From NCBI GenBank assembly GCA_951406725.2, contig OX597818.1, positions 130,510,001-130,574,000 of the forward strand: DNA of 64,000 bases, given 5' to 3'. The DNA is from Octopus vulgaris. Its lineage: Eukaryota. The position numbers and the translations under genes are program-made. Within the stretch, counting starts at the first letter, position 1. Each line of letters begins with the position of its first letter. Shown piece after piece: positions 56,420 through 64,000 of the stretch. The notes under the pieces were generated by a model. It was not told the DNA's origin and searched no databases. It saw only the letters and a program-made list of their open reading frames with translations.

Positions 56420-56722
56420 TTTGTATTGTTGTGTTATGTATATCTTCTCATGCATATAGTTGTATATCTAGACATGCTTATATATACTTAAATGATAAAC
56501 TTGAGAGTTTTACAGATTTTGACAGATCCAGTGATGGTTTGGATCTGTAGTCTTTGAATCCGCTTTCTTCTTTCTGGTTTTGAGAAGTCTATTTTCTCAA
56601 GATTGGTTTTTAGGCAGTGTGTTACATATCCTAAGTGCCCCAATAATTACAGGTATAAACCTGAACTTGAAATCTCGACAGAGTAGCTGTAGATTCCTCA
56701 ATAGTTCAGCATAAGTATTTTG
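56420..56722 (-). mobile_element. RLE-type LINE 3' end
   Basis: NTYAELLRNLQLLCRDFKFRFIPVIIGAL..KTNLEK..LQIQTITGSVKICKTLKFII*. Confidence 0.7.
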
Positions 56723-56814
56723 TTTGTTTGTTTGCATGCATGAATGCATATATGTATGCATGCATGTATGTATGTATTTGTGTGTATGTATGTATGCATG
56801 TATGTATGTATGTA

Positions 56815-56849
<35 letters not shown>

Positions 56850-57511
56850 ATATGTATGTGTGTATGTATGTATGTGTGTATGTATGTATGTATGTGTGTA
56901 TGTATGTATGTATGTGTATATGTATGTATGTATGTGTGTGTGTATGTATGCATGTATGTATGTATGCATGTATGTATGTATGTATGTATGTATGTATGTA
57001 TGTATGTATGTATGTATGTATGTGTATGTGTGCGTGTATGTATGTATGTGTGTATGTGTGTATGCATATCTTTTATCTTTTATCTGCTTTCAGTTATGAA
57101 ACTGCGGCCATGCTGGGGCACTGCTTTGAAGGGTTTTAGTTGAAGAAATCAACCCAGGCCTTATTTTCTTAAGCCTTGTACTTATTCTATTGGTCTATTT
57201 GTGCAAAACTGCTATGTTATGGGGATGTAAACACACCAGCACCGGTCATTAAGTGGCGGCAGTGGAACAAACACAGGCACGAAGACACACACACACACAC
57301 ACACATACACACACACACACATATATACACATACGTATATACAACGGGCTTCTTTCAGTTTCTGTCTACCAAATCCACTCACAAGGCTTTGCTTGGCCTA
57401 AGGCTATAGTAGAAGACACTTGCCGAAAGTGTCACACAGTGGGACTGAAGCTGGAACTATGTGGTTGGTAAGAAAACTTCTTACTCTATGTGTGTGTGTG
57501 TGTGTCTGTGT

Positions 57512-57552
<41 letters not shown>

Positions 57553-57827
57553 TGTTTCTCTCCTGCGACCACATGACAAACTGGCATTTTTTTTGTATAC
57601 GTCCCCATAACTTAATGGTTCTGCAAAAAAGATACTGACAGAATAAGTGTCAGACTGAAAGCTAGGTACTGGGGTCAACTAGATCCTTCAAGCCAGTAGT
57701 GTCCCCAGCATGGCCTCAGTCCAATGACTGAAAGAAAATAAAAGATAGTCTTGTCTGATCCATTTGAGCATGGAAAAGTACTTGTTAAAACAAAGATTAT
57801 GACAACAACGATGATGATAATGATGAT

Positions 57828-58210
57828 GTGGAGGCGCAATGGCCCAGTGGTTAGGGCAGTGGACTCGCAGTCATAGGATCGCGGTTTCAATTCCCAGACC
57901 GGGCATTGTGAGTGTTTATTTGAGCGAAAACACCTAAAAGCTCCACGACGCTCCGGCAGGGGATGGTGGTGATCCCTGCTGTACTCTTTCACCACAACTT
58001 TCTCTCACTCTTACTTCCTGTTTCTGTTGTACCTGTATTTCAAGGGGCCGGCCTTGTCACTCTCTGTGTCACGCTGAATATCCCCGAGAACTATGTTAAG
58101 GGTGCACGTGTCTGTGGAGTGCTCAACCACTTACACGTTAATTTCACGAGCAGACTGTTCCGTTGATTCGGATCAACCAGAACCCTCGTCGTCGTAACCG
58201 ACGGAGTGCT
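57828..58210 (+). mobile_element. SINE, head C + tail X
   Basis: ggaggcgcaatggcccagtggttagggc tRNA-like head; tail shared with 22650-22830. Confidence 0.9.
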
Positions 58211-58397
58211 TCCAATCCAATCCGATAATGATGATGATGATGAAGCAATTTGAAGTTTTTCTTCTGAGACCAAAAATAGTAGATCAATTTATACACCAAG
58301 ACAATTTTGGAGGACCAAAAACTCCATCTGAAATGCAGCAGGATTCTGGAAAGATAGAGCTGATGTTTCAATGTTTACATACTATAAAACGATAAAC

Positions 58398-58707
58398 GTC
58401 GCCCTTTTCAAGCCTAGCCAGGCTCATGGGCCCGGTTTCCCGGTTTCTGTAGCATATGTTTTTCCTCCCAGCTGAACGGGATGCCAGTCCATCACAGCGT
58501 TACTCAAGAAACAGGAAGAGAGAGTGAGAGAAAGTTGTGGTGAAAGAGTACAACAGGGGTTGCCACCCCCACCCCCCTGCCAGAGCCTCGTGGAACCTTT
58601 AGGTGTTTTCGCACAATAAACACACACAATGCCCGGTCTGGGAATCGAAACCGCAATCCTCTGACCGCGAGTCCACTGCCCTAACCACTGGGCCATTGCG
58701 CCGCCAT
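58398..58707 (-). mobile_element. SINE, head C + tail Y
   Basis: 5' ~200 bp matches the 57828 copy; tail matches 8684-8790. Confidence 0.9.
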
Positions 58708-58760
58708 GTTTACATACTATACTACACTGATTTGTATGCCGGTATATATAGTAAATTTTA

Positions 58761-58992
58761 AGGCGGCAAGCTGGCAGAAACGTTAGCATGCCGGGCGAAA
58801 TGCGTAGTCGTATTTCGTCTGCCGTTACGTTCTGAGTTCAAATTCCGCCGAGGTCGACTTTGCCTTTCATCCTTTCGGGGTCGATAAATTAAATACCAGT
58901 TATGCACTGGGGTCGATGTAATCGACTTAATCCGGGTGTCTGTCCTTGTTTATCCTCTCTATGTTTAGCCCCTTGTGGGTAGTAAAGAAATA
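58761..58992 (+). mobile_element. SINE family B
   Basis: 17-bp TSD ggtatatatagtaaatt at 58741-58757 and 58993-59009. Confidence 0.94.
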
Positions 58993-59319
58993 GGTATATA
59001 TAGTAAATTCATTCATTTCTTCTTTGGAATACCATTAAAGTGATGCTTTTGCATCTCTTCTTTTCTCTCTTTCACTCTTTCCTTTCCGTAAAATGGTTTT
59101 TCTTTAAGTATTTCTCATTCATTTGCTTCCTCTGTGAAAGAGGTTTCTCATAAGAAGGTGGTTTTCTTTTTTTTCTTTTCATTCTTATAGATTTTCCATT
59201 CTTTTATCCATGAGTGATGTTCATTCCCCATGTATCTTATTCATTCATTTATATCATTTCATTTCATTAATAAAAGAGGGATTTTTTTTCTTTTGTGTTT
59301 TTTGTTTTGTTTAAGTGAC

Positions 59320-59364
<45 letters not shown>

Positions 59365-59394
59365 TTGCATGCCTGCATTTATGTTGAGTGTGTG

Positions 59395-59643
59395 TGTGAG
59401 AGAAAGAGAGAGAGAGAGACAGATAAACAGAGAGAGAGAGAGAGAAAGAGAGAGACAGATACACAGAGAGAGAGAGACGGAAAGACAGAGAGAGAGGGAG
59501 AGACAGAGAGAGAGAGGGAGAAAGAGACGGAAAGATAGACAGAGATGAAAACTGATAGACAGGCCAGGAGAGAGAAAGAGAGACAGGGAGAGATGAAAAT
59601 AGACAAAGAAAGGAAGAAAGAAAAGAGAGAGAGAGAGAAATAG

Positions 59644-59680
<37 letters not shown>

Positions 59681-59901
59681 AACAGACAGAGCTAGAGGGA
59701 GAAAGAGTGAGAGACAAGGAGAGAGAACTAGGAAGAGACAAAGAGAGAGAGAGAGGAGGAGAGAGAAGAGTGAAGAGAAAGTCTAGACCAGAAGAATGAA
59801 AGGGAGTAAGAAAGTGAGAGGGAGAGAAAGAGAGAAAGAGAGAGAGAAGAGAGAGAAAGAGAGAGAGAGAAAGAGAGAAAGAGAGAGAGAGAAAGAGAGA
59901 A

Positions 59902-59999
<98 letters not shown>

Positions 60000-60000
60000 A
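59395..60000. repeat. Polypurine (GA)n/(GAAA)n tract
   Basis: Direct inspection. Confidence 0.95.
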
Positions 60001-61316
60001 TTCAAAGAGAATCAAACAGAAACAAAAGTAGATAGAGATAGAGTGAGAAACGAAGAAGGAAAGACCAGAAAAAGAAAAAAAAAACTACCAAAAGAATATT
60101 AAGTAAATATAAATAAATGTTAGAAAAAAATACAATAAAATTAGAAAGAAAAACCAAAAAAAGGAAGGCAAGAAGAAAAATGAGCAACAACAGAAACGGT
60201 TAACCGTTCTATCTTCCTTCCTCACTCCTGGAAATACAAAAAAAAAAAAGAAAAAGAAAAAAAAAACAGCAAAGAAAACCTTCAAAAAAAAATAAAAAAG
60301 GAAAACCAAGCAAACATAAATAAATAAATAAATGAATAAATAAATAAATAAATAAAAAAAGATCAAAGGCTCACTGTGGCTCTCCGTATTTTTGCCCCAG
60401 TGGCCAACATAACGGAATCAACGGTAGCAAAGCAATGACAAATGGCACAGAAGAGGCGAGGAGGATGCAGGAGGTGCAAGAAACAAACTAGCCTTTGTAT
60501 CAAACAACAAAAATGATGAGAAATGACGAAATTACATATGGCAAATCGGTAGGGGTGGAGTGGTGGGAGGTGGGGGTGTGGGGGTAGGGAGAGAAAGGGG
60601 TTTGGGTTTTATGCAAAGGCGAGATGATGTGGTCAACAGCTAAGAAATGATTTTTGGTGGCGACAGGGATTGGGAGTTGAGGATGGTAGTGGTGGTGGTG
60701 ATGGTGGTGATGGTGGTGATGGTGCTGGGTGGTGATGGATAAGAAGGGGAAAAAAAACAAAAAAAGAAAAAAAAAAGATGTCTTGTCTTCTTGGTGTAAA
60801 AAATGAAATAAAATAAAATAAAATAAGAGAATAAAATAAAATGTAAATAAATAAATAAATAAAAATCTGCCCGAGGGCACGGCATGACATGGCATGGCAT
60901 GGCATGTCAAAGGAGTTTCCTTTTACACTGAAAGTAAATGGTGGCAGTGGTGGTGTTGGTGGTGGTGTTGGTGGTGGTGTTGGTGGTGGTGTTGGTGGTG
61001 GTGTTGGTGGTGGTGTTGGTGGTGGTGGTGGAGGTATTTTTCTTTATGGGAAAGAAAAAAAAATGATTGAGAGAGAAAGAGTAAGGAGAAAACGAATGGA
61101 AAAAGAGAGAGGAAGAGAAAACTAAAGAAAGAAAGAAAGAAAGAAAGATAAGTTAAAGAGATACAGAAAGAAGGTGAACAAAAGAGAGAGAGAGAGAGAG
61201 AGAGAGAGATGGGGAAGTGGTAAAGAGAGAGAAGGAGAGAGGGAGAAAAGAGAGAAAACAACATGAAGAGAGAGAGAAAGAAAGTTGTAAACATATTTAA
61301 GGAAAGAGAGAGAAAA

Positions 61317-61364
<48 letters not shown>

Positions 61365-61404
61365 TTAAGGAAAGAGAGAGAAGACAGAAAGATATCTATA
61401 TAAG

Positions 61405-61442
<38 letters not shown>

Positions 61443-63233
61443 GATAGATGGATATTTATATAAGGTGGGAGAGAGACAGAAAGAAAGACAGAAAGAGAAA
61501 AGGGAAAGATGATGAGAAAAGGGTTGGGTGTGAAATTTAGTTGGGTGTTTTTTTGGTTGTTGTTTTGTAACAATATCAACATTGTTGTTGTTATTGTTAT
61601 TATTATTGTTTTTGTTGTTGCTGTTTCCGTTTTTGAAGGTTCCTTTTTTTTTTTTTCCGCCGGATCAGTATGGAACATGAAGAAACCACAAAACCATGAC
61701 GTGTTGCCTTTGTTTGGAATTACATAACCTGATATAAACCACAGGACTGCCGGAATATTCTGTTATGGAATTATCTCCCCAATTATGTGGATGAAGAAGA
61801 TTGTGGCAGCAGCAGCAGCAGCAGCAACCACAGCAGCTGAGCAGGGCAGGGCGCAGGGCATGGCATAGAGAAAGAGAAGTGTAGGGAGGGCTGTTAATTT
61901 TTTTTTTCTTTTTGTGATAGTAGTGGGGGGAGGGGTATTGTGATAGAAGGTGATGTTACCATAGAGTGGTAGTGGTAGTGGTGATGGCAGTGGTGGTGGT
62001 GGTGAGCTGAGCAAGTCGGGGGGTGGGGGGGTAGGGCTTCGAGTGGTTGAAGCGTTGTGGTGGCGATGTGCAAGTGTGGCATTGTGATGGTGCTGCGACG
62101 CTAGTGGGAGTGAGATTGTTTGGGGGGTGGGAGGTGGGGGGGTTATCACCATGATGTGGTGGCGGTAGTGGTGGCGATGCGGTGGGTGGGTAGGTGGGGG
62201 TGAACAGGGTTAAGTGAGTGGTGAAGTAAAATGGTGGTGATGCGGGTGTGGAAGTGGTGATGGTGGTGGGGTGCAGGACAGATATTTCAATGGTGTAGTG
62301 GTGGAGATGGTAATGGTAGAGGTGGGGGCCAGCAATGTCAAGTGGATAAGGTGGGGTGGGGGGAGTTGCATCATGAGGTGATGAGGTGGGTGGGGAAGAT
62401 GGTGACCATGCGCTGGCATGGTGATGGTGATAGTGTCGGTGGTTGATGGAGGTGGCAGCGACCCATGGTTGTGACAGCAGCAGTGGTGGTGGCGATGGCA
62501 GAAATAGTGGTGGTAGTGACAGTGGTGGTGTTGGTGGCGGTGGCAGTGGTTGCAATGGTGGTGACGGTGGTGACAGCAGTGCGTAACAGAAATGGATGAC
62601 TATGGGCTAAGAGAAGAAAGCAAAAAAAGAAAACAAAGCAAAAAAAAAAAAACAGAAAAAAAAACAAGCAACCAAAAAATAACAAAGAAAGTGTTAAAAA
62701 GAGAAAAAAATAGAAACCTGTTTTTATGTATGAAATGAATTGGGGTTACAGAAAAGGGCTACAGTGGAGAGATGGTGTGATAGCGGGGGGGGGGGGGGGA
62801 TTTCACCAGTACTTTCACAAAAGAGAAAAAAAAAAATCCAACAAGGAAAATAATTAAATCCCTGTCGTGTCCCCTCTCTCCACTGTTCTCTACAGAAAAA
62901 CAAAAACACAAAAATAAAATAGATAATAGAAAGATAACTGGTAAATTATTTTACTTTGGGGCTTACATTGACGGTGGGGTATTTTACATTCCTGACCCTG
63001 GGATTATCAGTTTTCACTATTTGCTTATGATCTGCTAAGTTTTGAGTCTGAATCCTACCGATGCATATATATATATATATATATATTAGTAATTAAGATT
63101 CAAGTGAGTTCTGTTGAATTCACATATATATGGTACTTAACTTGGATGCACCAGAAATCTCTATGGTGTTAACCATACGATGTCTCACGAGTGTAACATC
63201 ACCCCCTTTGATGTTTGGGGATCTCAGATGTTC

Positions 63234-63322
63234 TTTTGGCTGATGAGTACGGGTCACCTATATTTACTGCAATTTTTGTAGCCTTATTAAAGATGTCTTC
63301 GTATGAAACAATTGTACCGAAA
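63234..63322 (+). ncRNA. Type I hammerhead ribozyme with intact core
   Basis: ttttgg-CTGATGA-gtacg[48 nt]cgtat-GAAA-caattg-TA-ccgaaa; 6-bp stem I, palindromic stem III; predicted GUA cleavage after 63316. Confidence 0.8.
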
Positions 63323-63368
63323 AATTGATCCATTCTTGTTGCTTTTTTCCTATTTATAATCACCCCAC

Positions 63369-63409
<41 letters not shown>

Positions 63410-63410
<1 letters not shown>

Positions 63411-63673
63411 AGACCCTCTTTGGTCATGGCTGACCATGGGATTGCACCAAGAAAGTTACCCTCCTAGGCACAAGTCTGGGCAATGGTGTTTAAGGCCAAT
63501 ACGGCTTGGCACATGTGATGTCGCAACTCATTTCTACAGCTGAGTAGTGAACTGGAGCAACATGAAATAAAGTGTCTTGCTCAAGAACACAACACACAGC
63601 CTGGTCCGGGATTCGAACTCACAACCTCACGATCGTAAGGTCAACGCTCTAACCACTGAGCCATGCACCTTCA
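63410..63673 (-). mobile_element. SINE, head D + tail Z
   Basis: Homologous to 30195-30530 with an internal deletion. Confidence 0.9.
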
Positions 63674-63707
63674 CACACACATATTTATATTTATATATAT
63701 ATATATT

Positions 63708-63754
<47 letters not shown>

Positions 63755-63847
63755 AAACAAGAAAGCACAAAAAAATAACACAACAACGCGAGGACGTGGA
63801 ACAAATATAGTATTATTGGACGCTCAGGAAAGAAGGAAAGAAGGAGG

Positions 63848-63882
63848 GTTTAACGTTTCGAGCGGAGCTCTTTGTCAGAAAC
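63848..63882 (-). ncRNA. Minimal hammerhead fold (G8>A) in a ~205-bp element (63753-63957) within (TA)n
   Basis: Minus strand gttt-CTGACAA-a-gagc[tcc]gctc-GAAA-cg-TT-aaac. Confidence 0.65.
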
Positions 63883-64000
63883 ATAGGAGAAGGAAAGATT
63901 CACAGAAGGGAAGACAGAGGAAAAAAAATCACCAATGGTACACATGAGGTCACATATGTATATATATATATATATGTAGGTGCAGGCATGGCTGTGTGGT

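Overview
AT-rich, microsatellite-saturated animal DNA, most likely intronic or intergenic. The tRNA-derived SINE families and repeat landscape look like an octopus (cephalopod) genome; this is recognition from memory, not a database match. No intact protein-coding gene is supportable, and nearly all ORF-track entries are translations of simple repeats or SINEs. The real coding remnants are decayed transposons: an internally deleted Helitron with a PIF1-type helicase (15965-18279), RTE, R4/Dong-like (RLE) and CR1-like LINE fragments, and a DD37D (maT) transposase. There are also non-autonomous Helitrons, a Helentron-like element, and piggyBac- and mariner-type MITEs. The strongest unexplained signal is RNA-structural. 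At least seven type I hammerhead-ribozyme folds from several unrelated families sit in short non-coding elements embedded in microsatellites. Two have an intact catalytic core (15252-15315, 63234-63322), and one degenerate fold lies inside a perfect 116-bp-arm palindrome (31249-31486). There is also a candidate HDV-like ribozyme (46450-46527). The SINEs show 2x2 head/tail module swapping, a 184-bp head-less tandem array and several close inverted pairs. All coordinates were counted by eye; boundaries of old elements are approximate.
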